64,000 nt of DNA from Bacilli bacterium. Lineage in GTDB: Bacteria; Bacillota_I; Bacilli_A; RFN20; CAG-826. The DNA is taken from assembly GCA_024408655.1 (NCBI GenBank), contig JAKSUV010000005.1, positions 2,730 to 66,729 on the forward strand, given 5' to 3'. The notes under the pieces were generated by a model. That model searched no databases, had not been told where the DNA came from, and saw only the letters and a list, made by a program, of their open reading frames with translations. The translations under genes and the position numbers were made by a program. Below are positions 17,184-26,290 of the stretch, in pieces. The first letter of the stretch is position 1. The number at the start of each line of letters is the position of its first letter.

Positions 17184-20099
17184 TTACTCAAGGGTAATGA
17201 TATCAGCGTAAACTCCCCATTGGGGATCGGTCTTATATTGTTCTAATAACTTAGCCGGAACAAGAATCTTCTCCAGCGGACAACCGGTGAATACTTCACC
17301 ACCTAATAATCTAACCACTTGATTCGCATTGACGCCTCTTAAATCAACAACTTTTAAATTCGTGCACGAAGCGAAAGCGTTATCACCGATAAAAATTAAA
17401 TTCTTATTCATAACCACTCTTTCTAGCGCAGTGCAATTAGTGAAAGTTGCGCGATTAATCGAAGTCAATTGAGTAGGTAAAACAATCTTCTCTAAGAGAG
17501 CGCAATTCATAAAGGCCTCTTCTTCAATAACGAAAACATCGTGAGATAAAGCAAGAGATTTAATACCCGAATTTTGGAACATTGATTTATGTACAACACA
17601 CCCATCACTTGATAAATGGTGCGGAAGCACTACTCGACTTAACCTTGGCATATTTCTAAAGGCACCTGGCACTAAAATTGGTGGTAAATATTCAAACATG
17701 CTTGGCGTATAGGCGAAAGGATAGACAAAGCTAGTAATGTATTGATTACCTGGTGCATATAATGTGCCGCTTTCATCGTTGGTGGCAAAGGAGATATCAC
17801 CGAGCACGCTAAATTTAACGTCAGAGCCTGGAACGTAAATCCGGATACAATAATCGCCTTCGTTAGCGTAAGCATGCTCAAGATCAAGACTATCGGTAGG
17901 CTCAGAAATTTCAATAACATCTTCACGACCATCATCCCAGTTACAATAAATGTTACCCATAAATCCATCAGGAACACGACTATAATCTAAATGAATCTTG
18001 ATCTTTCTTTCTTCTTCTGGTAAACCAGAATCAAAGTGAACCGTCGAGAAGGCCGCTAATTTAGCAAAATTATACTTAGTAGTATCAACTAGTCGATAGA
18101 CGTATTTCGCGTTATCACCCAAATTATTGATATAGGCTTGACGAGCGTCGTATTCAGGACCGCCTTGACCAGAACTTGGGACGAAGAAACTGGTTTCTTC
18201 AATTAAGGAAGAACAATTATCGAACGCCGTTGGATCAATGGTCGGAACCGCAAACGGTTCGCCTTCGCTCTCTGGTCGACCAACCATCACAAAGTTAACG
18301 ACGATTAAATCCGTGCAATCTTTAAAGGCAGAAGCCCCAATCTCTTGAATATCGTGGCCTAATTCTAAATCCGCTAGTGAACTACAACCTTCAAAAGCGG
18401 AATCCCCAATTTTCGTAACATGGCCAAAGTCAATATCCGTTAATGAATCGCAACCTAAGAAGCATTGGGTTGGATATTCAACTAAATTAGGCGCCTCATT
18501 AACAATCGAAGCGAGATTATTACAATTAGCAAACGCCCGCACACCGATTTTATTAACTTTACTAGTAAACTTTACTTCATTAATTAAACCGCAACCACTA
18601 AAGGCTGAATCAGCAATTTCCACATAATCACCAGGAATTAAATCAAAGTCCACATCATCACAACCGTAGAGTAAAGCGGAAAGACCGCCGGCACCTTTAC
18701 TAACAATGTAATTAGCTTGAGCCCCATTAATATCGCGGCTCGTAAAATATGAGTTGTTATCGTGAACGATTAACGAAGTTAAGGCAACGCAACCGTTAAA
18801 GACACCAGTACCGATTTTCGTAATCATTGGCGGCATTTTAAAACTCGATAAGGCGGTACAACCGTTAAAGGCATCAGAGCCAATTTCGGTGGCCTTCCCT
18901 TCCACTTCGGCAAGATTAGGTAATGCGACTTCTTGTAAATGAGTAATACCTTTAAAAGCGTTAGCGTCAATGCCCGGAGTCGATGCGCCGTTAAAGAAAC
19001 TCGTGTAATTATGATATACCACTTGGGTGAAGTAAATGTTATTCGCCGCTAAAGGACCATTTTCATCCGACAAGTTAACTTTACTAATATCGCCATAAAG
19101 CGAGATCGTATAGGTTCCAGGATTAGTGAAGGTGTGAGTTAATAAAGTATCTTCACCGCTATCATCGCCCCAATTCACTTGAACATCGCCATTTGCTTCA
19201 CAGCCTAATTGCACATCGGTCGAGGGATCGTCCGTGGCGTAGGTTAAGATGATGGCGGCATTATCAGTCGCAGAGACTTTAATATCGGTATCACCCGTCA
19301 CCACAAAATGGAGTTCGCTCGCGCTCGCGTCAAAAGTGTAACTTTCACTCGGTTCATCATTAACCATAAATTGATCAACATCAGTCGGTAAAGCATAATA
19401 ACCTTCAATGTCGTTAAGAGCGAACTTAAATACTACCTCACTACTTTCCGGCACTTGTACATCAAAATTTTGGTGGTAGGTCGGTGAATCATTAAAACTT
19501 GTTACGCAACCCACACATTCAATATGAATATTCTTATTCATATGTTTACTACGTTCATAATATTGAGCCATGTAAGTGACATCACTAGTGACCGGCGATA
19601 ATTTACCCCAACCATTGAAGAAATATATTTTATCGTCATCCTCTGGTCTAGTTGGTTCCTGTCCTTCATAAGATGGCGCGGCACCATACGGAACATTTGT
19701 ATCAGTTTCTAACACGGTTCCATCATAATTTACCCAAGTGACCGTAAATGTATCTTGCTCAACAATTTTGTATGAAGCGTAATAAGTAGTATCGCTAAGG
19801 GCTAACGAGATGGCTGGCATCCAACCAGCAAAGTCGTAATGATAACCAGCCGCATCTTGTTTCATCGGATGATCTTCAGGTGCTTGTGGTAATGTTCCGG
19901 CCGGCACCTCGATTGTTCTTTCCGTTGAGCCATCCGCCCAGGCGCCATCGGCCGCATTGAAAGTAATCGTGTATGTTTCATCGTCACTAGAAGGATTAAT
20001 CGGATTATTAAGATGATACGAATAGGATGAAATATCGCTAACACCAAAACTAGTTAAAAAGAACAAAACTCCGAAACTAAATAATTTTTTCTTTTTCAT
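17184..20099 (-). CDS. Large secreted/anchored surface protein (Listeria/Bacteroides-type repeats plus two PKD-like/BspA-type LRR modules)
   Basis: N-terminal signal/anchor with no lipobox Cys. Repeats of the type YTITFNA..GW and FTVTWVNYDGT. LRR_5-like units of the type AFNGCTALSSF, AFSGCGLINEV, AFEGCSSLADL and AFMNCALLEKI. Confidence 0.85.
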   Translation of the reverse strand: MKKKKLFSFGVLFFLTSFGVSDISSYSYHLNNPINPSSDDETYTITFNAADGAWADGSTERTIEVPAGTLPQAPEDHPMKQDAAGYHYDFAGWMPAISLALSDTTYYASYKIVEQDTFTVTWVNYDGTVLETDTNVPYGAAPSYEGQEPTRPEDDDKIYFFNGWGKLSPVTSDVTYMAQYYERSKHMNKNIHIECVGCVTSFNDSPTYHQNFDVQVPESSEVVFKFALNDIEGYYALPTDVDQFMVNDEPSESYTFDASASELHFVVTGDTDIKVSATDNAAIILTYATDDPSTDVQLGCEANGDVQVNWGDDSGEDTLLTHTFTNPGTYTISLYGDISKVNLSDENGPLAANNIYFTQVVYHNYTSFFNGASTPGIDANAFKGITHLQEVALPNLAEVEGKATEIGSDAFNGCTALSSFKMPPMITKIGTGVFNGCVALTSLIVHDNNSYFTSRDINGAQANYIVSKGAGGLSALLYGCDDVDFDLIPGDYVEIADSAFSGCGLINEVKFTSKVNKIGVRAFANCNNLASIVNEAPNLVEYPTQCFLGCDSLTDIDFGHVTKIGDSAFEGCSSLADLELGHDIQEIGASAFKDCTDLIVVNFVMVGRPESEGEPFAVPTIDPTAFDNCSSLIEETSFFVPSSGQGGPEYDARQAYINNLGDNAKYVYRLVDTTKYNFAKLAAFSTVHFDSGLPEEERKIKIHLDYSRVPDGFMGNIYCNWDDGREDVIEISEPTDSLDLEHAYANEGDYCIRIYVPGSDVKFSVLGDISFATNDESGTLYAPGNQYITSFVYPFAYTPSMFEYLPPILVPGAFRNMPRLSRVVLPHHLSSDGCVVHKSMFQNSGIKSLALSHDVFVIEEEAFMNCALLEKIVLPTQLTSINRATFTNCTALERVVMNKNLIFIGDNAFASCTNLKVVDLRGVNANQVVRLLGGEVFTGCPLEKILVPAKLLEQYKTDPQWGVYADIITLE

Positions 20100-23000
20100 A
20101 CCGGAACTCCTCCAACAATTATGCGCACATTACCTTTAGCGTGATCAAGATGGAAGTGACCCGTTAAAGAATTATAAGTATATTGAGAAACATCAAGTAA
20201 GACGCCATCAACATAAACCTCAATTGTGTCAGGTAAGCGATAACCAAAGTCGGCCACGACCGTGAAGTCAATCGCATCGTCAAAGTTAAGAGTGCGGTGG
20301 ACCTTGTATAAGCCGTTAACCGTACAGTTAACGCCTTCGAAGCTCATTGATACATCTTCGTTATAGACCGCGGTGAAGGTTAAATCATGATCAGTGACCG
20401 CCACGATTTCCTTATCCCAACCAATGAATTCGAACTGGTGCCCATCTTTTGAATAGGTTGGCGTGCCGCTATAATATTCAGGAACTGTTCCTGGGAATAA
20501 TTCTTCGCATTGAAGTTCAGTGCCATCAATGTTTAACCAAGTAACTTTGTAGCGGATTTGTTCGCGTTTATATTGTGCATCATAAGTGGCGTCTCCCATA
20601 ACGGTTGTTATTGTCGGTGAGAAGCCAATGAAGGTATAGTGATAGCCATCCTTATCGTATTCTTTAACCGTTTCGGGCGCAGTTAATTCATCACCGTAAT
20701 GTTTATATTCAGTGATGGTGGTTGGTTGTCCCTCTGTGTCGCGAACATTCCAAGTAATGGTATAATCCTTCGGATTAGCTGTAAATTGAGCGATAAAGAC
20801 AGTATTTTCCGTTATTGGTTGAGTAATATCTTTATCCCAACCCGCGAATTCGTATGTCGCATATGCGTCTTCCGGTGGGCATTCTGGAGTTCCTGGATCT
20901 AGCGGCGTATTTAAATACGAGACAGTTTGTTCATTAAATAGTGAACCATCGTAATTTAAGAATTTGACATTGTAGGGGTGTGGAGTCCATTTCGCGTACA
21001 AGGTAATGGGACCAGTGATTGGCGTATTTACAAAGTCAAATGCAGCTCCCGAGAAATCAGGGTTATCGTACCAACCCTCTAAATCGTAACCATACTTATG
21101 AACATCCGTCGGTTCGGTTGCATGCTCCATATACACAATGTCTTGTGGCGGGACATCACATTCTTCGGTATTATCGACAAATGTCACGCGATAAGTATCA
21201 ATTAAATAAATAGCGTAAATGATTATATTATCATCCGGTAAGGTAGCATCTTTACCAACTTCTTGTTCGGGGCTCGGGTCGCCTTCAACATAACTCCAGT
21301 GATTGAAGGAGTAACCAGTCATACCTGGAGTATCGCTAATGATGCTTAAAATATTGGTGCCATATTCAACGTTTTCAATCACCTTTATCTTCTCGCCATC
21401 CTTGAACTCACCGTCCGATGCATTAAGAGTAATGTTATGGTGGTTAATATCAAATTTCGCATATAAGGTGATATTTTCAGTAATCGGGGTGGTATCAAAA
21501 TTAAATGGCGTGCCTGAGAATTCAGGGTTATCGTACCAGCCCTTAAAGGTAAAACCTTCCTTACTTGGGTCGCCTTTCTCTGGTGGTGAGGCCATTTGAT
21601 TATACTCGACCAGTTGCTCATCGTAAAACTCCCCGTCAGCAAGGAAGGTAACTTTATAAGAATCAATCTGCAAGTCAGCAATAAGTGTTACGTCACGGTC
21701 AGGCATTGTGTAATTCGGATCAATCGTCACGGTTTCATCTTTCCAACCGAAGAATGTGTGGCCAATCATTTCCGCTCGATCCGGAACATTTGGCAGTTCT
21801 GCGATTTTGGTACCGTATTCAACATTTGTAAAATACGTTTGAGCATCCGCCGGATACACTTGCGCACCTTCGGGTACTACGAACTCAAGTGTCCAGCTAT
21901 TAATATCCCATTTAGCGTACAAGGTTAAATCACTCTTTATTGGCGTATCAAAATCAAACTTACTTCTAAATTCAGAATCTAAATACCAGCCTTTGAAGGT
22001 AAACCCTTCGCGTTTATCAAGATGAGGCTCATATGCATAATCACCATACGCAATATCTTGCGGACTAACCGTTTGACTACAATTAGTGACAAAATTAACC
22101 GTGAAATACTTAATCGTCCACTGAGCGTAAGCATCAGTTTGACTTAAATCTGTATAATGTTCACTTAAATCTACCGGGAAAAGCCCAACCGGATCTAGCG
22201 AATAATAATCAAAATTGTAACCAACTCGGACTGGTTTTTCTTTGTCATCGCCAAGAATGGTCGACCATGGATCATCGAACCTAATTTCGCGTATAATGAC
22301 AGGATCTCCATGCCAAGCACCGCCGTTGCCGTTGATGTAAATTGGGTAGGAGTTAGGCTCCCAAACCGCATAAACGCTAGCGTCACCAGGCGGCATCTTC
22401 CAATCATCAGGAACCTTTGGCCCGCCACGAGTAGTTGACCAATGTAAAAATTCATAACCTAATCGTCCCGGTGGTTCAGGCTTTTGAATCGCTCTCCATT
22501 CCGTATTATATTCTACATCCTTTTCCGCATAGACTTCAGGCTCGAACCAAGAGCCTTCATAATAGAAGGTTAATGTATAAGTATTAATGGCATAAGTGGC
22601 GGTAATGGTTAAATCATCGGCGGGCATTTTATCTTTATCGGTAACCTCGTGACCATTGACGAACCATTTATCAAAATGATAACCCGTCTTGTAAAGTTCA
22701 ATGCCTTGCCGCTCAATAGCCTCAAGAAGTGGTGTATCAAAATCAACAATTTGTGTCGCCTCACCGCGCACGATTTCCCCATCGCCCGGATCAAAGGTTA
22801 AAGTGTAGTGACAAATATTCCAGTGTGCGTACAAGGTAAAGTCAGATTGTACAGGGGCGTTAAAATCGTATTCAACACCATCTTCGGTATACCAACCATC
22901 AAAGCCATAACCAGTGCGAGTAGGAGGAGCCGGAACCGAGACTGTTCCCTCAAATGGAATGTCTTGTGCATCAACGTCTGACCCGCCCATACTATTAAAG

Positions 23001-24628
23001 GTGACATGATAAATATGTCTATCCCAATAAGCGTAGACGGTTTTGTGTCCTTTAAACATATATGTGTCTTTGATTTGCGTGCTTCCTTCATTAGCCTGGA
23101 GCGTCCAAATATTATTAAAGTCATAGCCAAAACGCTCAGGAGACGCAGTCGGTAATCGTCCACTATCTTTTACATCTTTCCAGGTTTCACCATAGTTAAT
23201 ATCAGCAATAAAGCGAGTAGTTCCATCGAACCATTTACCACCGTTAGCTTCAAACGAAAGCGAATAAATCATCAGAGACGATGACCATTGGGCGGTATAG
23301 ATATCAGTCTCATCACCCACCACTGGATGAATTTCTTGGTTATAACCATCAAAAGCATATGCATATTGTTGGTCATTACGACGAATCGGTTGACCAATAT
23401 CAGGCGGCGTTTCGCCATAAGGAACTGTCACTTCGACTGTCGGAACAAGTTCTTCTTTGCCAGTCTCATCGGTCTTGATCCAACCAGCATTTGGAGTGCT
23501 ACCGACGGTAAAGGTGGCTTTATAGATATTCGCTTCAAAAATTGGGTATAAATCAGTGTCACCCTCGACAAAATCATCAAATGCAACCGGCTTACTACCA
23601 TCTTGTGTATATGACCAATTAAAGAAGTGGAAATGTTCAATAACAATTGATAATGCACTGATGTGGTCGTTATAGAAATCGGTGATATTAGTTAATGCAG
23701 AAATTTTAAATTGTTTTGGCACGGTATCGCCAGTAGCTTCCCAATGCGAGCCTTCGTGTGTAGCATCAATAACATGGAAAGTAACCATATAACGCGCTTT
23801 TACCCATTTCGCGTATAAGGTAATGTTATGATACACTTTCGCTTCTTCGAAATCATATGGTTCATAGCCTTGTGGATCGCGGGTCCAACCGACAAATTCG
23901 TAATATTTTTTCGTCGGTGGAGCGGGTGCGTGAGCATGCTCGCCTCTTTTTACCCATTCGCTATCAACTGTTGAACCATCTTGTGAGTCAAAAGTCACAC
24001 AATAGTACTGAGTTTGCTCCCACCCAGCGTAGACAGTAGTATTTTGATAAACTGGCAAATTAAAATTAAATTCGTTACCTAAATCGCTATCCTTATACCA
24101 GCCTTTAAATTCGTAGAATTCTTTACTCGGTTTTCCTGGATCAAAAGCACAGCCGCCCGCTTTAATTTTTTGATACGGGAAATAAGTATCCCCAGTGTTA
24201 GCGAACACAACATAAACATATTCGGTATCCGCAACGGCGTTAATCACAACATCGCCCGTCATCCGGATTGTGAAATGGCCATTCGTGGAATTATAGGTAT
24301 ACTTACCTCGACCACTTTCACCACCAATTCTTACTTCAAGATCGCCTGGAAGATTATATTCCACACTATCCGGAAGGAAATTATATTCAAGATCTTCGTT
24401 ACGGTCATGGGTTTCATGAATTTTGTGTTCACCGCCAATATTACAACCCTTACAAGTAATATCTAAAGTATAAGTATCGGGAGTCGGTGGCGTTGGCGGG
24501 ACCGGTGGATCATCTGGATCAATCGGTGAAGTCGAACCACAAGCGGTCATGGCAAAAAATGGTAACACCAAGAGAAACTTACTAGCTATTTTTTTAAACT
24601 TGATGAATCTTGGGCTTAGCTCTTCCAT
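20096..24628 (-). CDS. Giant surface lipoprotein made of more than 15 Listeria/Bacteroides (Flg_new-type) repeats
   Basis: Lipobox FAMTAC. Units of the type Y.F.GWY.D......FDF..P....LTLYAKW recur throughout. There is a 4-nt overlap with the downstream gene. Confidence 0.9.
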   Translation of the reverse strand: MEELSPRFIKFKKIASKFLLVLPFFAMTACGSTSPIDPDDPPVPPTPPTPDTYTLDITCKGCNIGGEHKIHETHDRNEDLEYNFLPDSVEYNLPGDLEVRIGGESGRGKYTYNSTNGHFTIRMTGDVVINAVADTEYVYVVFANTGDTYFPYQKIKAGGCAFDPGKPSKEFYEFKGWYKDSDLGNEFNFNLPVYQNTTVYAGWEQTQYYCVTFDSQDGSTVDSEWVKRGEHAHAPAPPTKKYYEFVGWTRDPQGYEPYDFEEAKVYHNITLYAKWVKARYMVTFHVIDATHEGSHWEATGDTVPKQFKISALTNITDFYNDHISALSIVIEHFHFFNWSYTQDGSKPVAFDDFVEGDTDLYPIFEANIYKATFTVGSTPNAGWIKTDETGKEELVPTVEVTVPYGETPPDIGQPIRRNDQQYAYAFDGYNQEIHPVVGDETDIYTAQWSSSLMIYSLSFEANGGKWFDGTTRFIADINYGETWKDVKDSGRLPTASPERFGYDFNNIWTLQANEGSTQIKDTYMFKGHKTVYAYWDRHIYHVTFNSMGGSDVDAQDIPFEGTVSVPAPPTRTGYGFDGWYTEDGVEYDFNAPVQSDFTLYAHWNICHYTLTFDPGDGEIVRGEATQIVDFDTPLLEAIERQGIELYKTGYHFDKWFVNGHEVTDKDKMPADDLTITATYAINTYTLTFYYEGSWFEPEVYAEKDVEYNTEWRAIQKPEPPGRLGYEFLHWSTTRGGPKVPDDWKMPPGDASVYAVWEPNSYPIYINGNGGAWHGDPVIIREIRFDDPWSTILGDDKEKPVRVGYNFDYYSLDPVGLFPVDLSEHYTDLSQTDAYAQWTIKYFTVNFVTNCSQTVSPQDIAYGDYAYEPHLDKREGFTFKGWYLDSEFRSKFDFDTPIKSDLTLYAKWDINSWTLEFVVPEGAQVYPADAQTYFTNVEYGTKIAELPNVPDRAEMIGHTFFGWKDETVTIDPNYTMPDRDVTLIADLQIDSYKVTFLADGEFYDEQLVEYNQMASPPEKGDPSKEGFTFKGWYDNPEFSGTPFNFDTTPITENITLYAKFDINHHNITLNASDGEFKDGEKIKVIENVEYGTNILSIISDTPGMTGYSFNHWSYVEGDPSPEQEVGKDATLPDDNIIIYAIYLIDTYRVTFVDNTEECDVPPQDIVYMEHATEPTDVHKYGYDLEGWYDNPDFSGAAFDFVNTPITGPITLYAKWTPHPYNVKFLNYDGSLFNEQTVSYLNTPLDPGTPECPPEDAYATYEFAGWDKDITQPITENTVFIAQFTANPKDYTITWNVRDTEGQPTTITEYKHYGDELTAPETVKEYDKDGYHYTFIGFSPTITTVMGDATYDAQYKREQIRYKVTWLNIDGTELQCEELFPGTVPEYYSGTPTYSKDGHQFEFIGWDKEIVAVTDHDLTFTAVYNEDVSMSFEGVNCTVNGLYKVHRTLNFDDAIDFTVVADFGYRLPDTIEVYVDGVLLDVSQYTYNSLTGHFHLDHAKGNVRIIVGGVPV

Positions 24629-24631
24629 AAC

Positions 24632-26290
24632 CTAAATGCAAAATGCTGGTGCGCAATAGACCTCCAATTCGGCAACGTTTTTGCTTTCACATAAACCATT
24701 AGGATTTATCACTTCAACGGATGAAGTTGGTAGTATGCTTTCTTCAGTAAAGATAAATTCCGTACTTCTTGTCCAATAATTAATATATTCGGGTTGACCA
24801 TGGTAACTCTTTAAGCGTTTACTACTAGGTGCATCAACATAATAACTATAAGTGTCGCCTTCGTGTTCATAGCATTCATGCGGAGTAGTAAAACCTAATT
24901 CTTTAAGTGACAATGGGAACAATAAATTAGATGAAGGAATATCAGCAGGAACAACCGGTGGATTATTAATATTCGAGGTCGCCGTAATCTTTTTCACCGA
25001 GCGAAGATAACTAGCGAATGGTAAATCAAGCGGTAATAGATAATTTAGATAGGTATAAATATAACTAAAAATATTATCTTCGCGGTCAACCTTGTAATAG
25101 ACCGACATCCGATCATCATCACTAAATGGCAAGGTACGAATTGGTGAAGTAAATTCAAAGGTGGTTCCTAATTTCTGCTCACCAAGAATGCGATCTTGGT
25201 TAAAACCGATAATCCGCGCTTCATAGTCAAAACGGTCACTACCAATGTGGAACATCTTCGTGTCACCAACATTAAAGAATAATGGCGCATAACCCGCACG
25301 TGAGATTTCACTTATTTCACTCCATCTTAGCGTTTCTAAAATATTGGTGCCATGTGGCTTAGCCGTGAAAATAATTGGTCCAGTAATCGCTTCTTTTTGA
25401 ACGGTCAGCACCATTTTGCTATCTTCGCCACGTTCGTAACGAGCAATGGCTGGTAAATTAACTTGCTTCCCATTAATGAGCATAGTGATATCTTCAAGAT
25501 TGGGCGGATTATAACCATATATGGTTGGCGAGAAGGTTGCGATAAATTCACTAGTGCCAATCTCGATATGATCATCGAATGTACAATCAATCATTCTTTC
25601 CATACCTTCAGGTTTAATAAATTCAACCGAGGCTTGGTTATGCGAGACCGCACTTGCATTGATGGTTAAGTAATCAAAAACTTGACTGCCGAAAATAGTA
25701 ACAGTTGCCACGGTGCCAGTTTCTTTTGTTACTTTGTAATAGCCAGGATATAAAGGTATTTTAGAAGAACCAACATAAATTTTTAATAAATCGGGTAATT
25801 TATATTCCAATAGTGGAGCGTCTAATTCCATTTTAAATTGATAATCCATTGCTTTCTGTGCACTAGGTAAACTAGTTTCGCTTGGATCAGTTGCGTAAAA
25901 TTTTAAGCCCTTTGATTGCTCATCAATGATTACTGGATACGATGGAATAACCGCTTCTAGAGCGATATTAACTGTGCCATCAATTAAATTGCCTGGCACA
26001 ACTAACAAACCCGTTTTGGCTTTGTATACACAACTACTTGAAATATCCTTTTTGTTAACAGTCACCGTCGGTGCTTCAAGTGATATTTCATAATTATCCA
26101 CATATTCTGGCTTAACAATTAAGAAAGTAACTAAATCACTACCAGAAGTAACTTTTGTCGTTTGCGAATACATTGTCTCGCTTTGCATGTTAACGTCATA
26201 AATTTTTCGATCCGGGTTTTTTTGACACGCGGCAAAAACAGGTAAAGTGATAAGAAGAGTGATTACTTTAATCGCTTTATTCTGTCTCAT
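24632..26290 (-). CDS. Surface lipoprotein with Ig-like modules and a DUF6273-like C-terminal domain (ends ..YCAPAFCI)
   Basis: Lipobox VFAAC. The C-terminal ~230 aa is paralogous to the C-terminus of the 62257 gene (RIIGFN, LFPLS, YWTRS, APAFCI). Confidence 0.8.
   Translation of the reverse strand: MRQNKAIKVITLLITLPVFAACQKNPDRKIYDVNMQSETMYSQTTKVTSGSDLVTFLIVKPEYVDNYEISLEAPTVTVNKKDISSSCVYKAKTGLLVVPGNLIDGTVNIALEAVIPSYPVIIDEQSKGLKFYATDPSETSLPSAQKAMDYQFKMELDAPLLEYKLPDLLKIYVGSSKIPLYPGYYKVTKETGTVATVTIFGSQVFDYLTINASAVSHNQASVEFIKPEGMERMIDCTFDDHIEIGTSEFIATFSPTIYGYNPPNLEDITMLINGKQVNLPAIARYERGEDSKMVLTVQKEAITGPIIFTAKPHGTNILETLRWSEISEISRAGYAPLFFNVGDTKMFHIGSDRFDYEARIIGFNQDRILGEQKLGTTFEFTSPIRTLPFSDDDRMSVYYKVDREDNIFSYIYTYLNYLLPLDLPFASYLRSVKKITATSNINNPPVVPADIPSSNLLFPLSLKELGFTTPHECYEHEGDTYSYYVDAPSSKRLKSYHGQPEYINYWTRSTEFIFTEESILPTSSVEVINPNGLCESKNVAELEVYCAPAFCI

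Noticed and set aside
20699-24466. About 15 nested or antisense ORFs of 60-121 aa inside the 1510-aa surface gene (and similar ones inside 17184-20099, 24632-29906)
   Set aside because: They all lie within one long, repeat-structured, motif-bearing frame. They have low-complexity or odd compositions and no ribosome-binding sites, so they are typical shadow ORFs.
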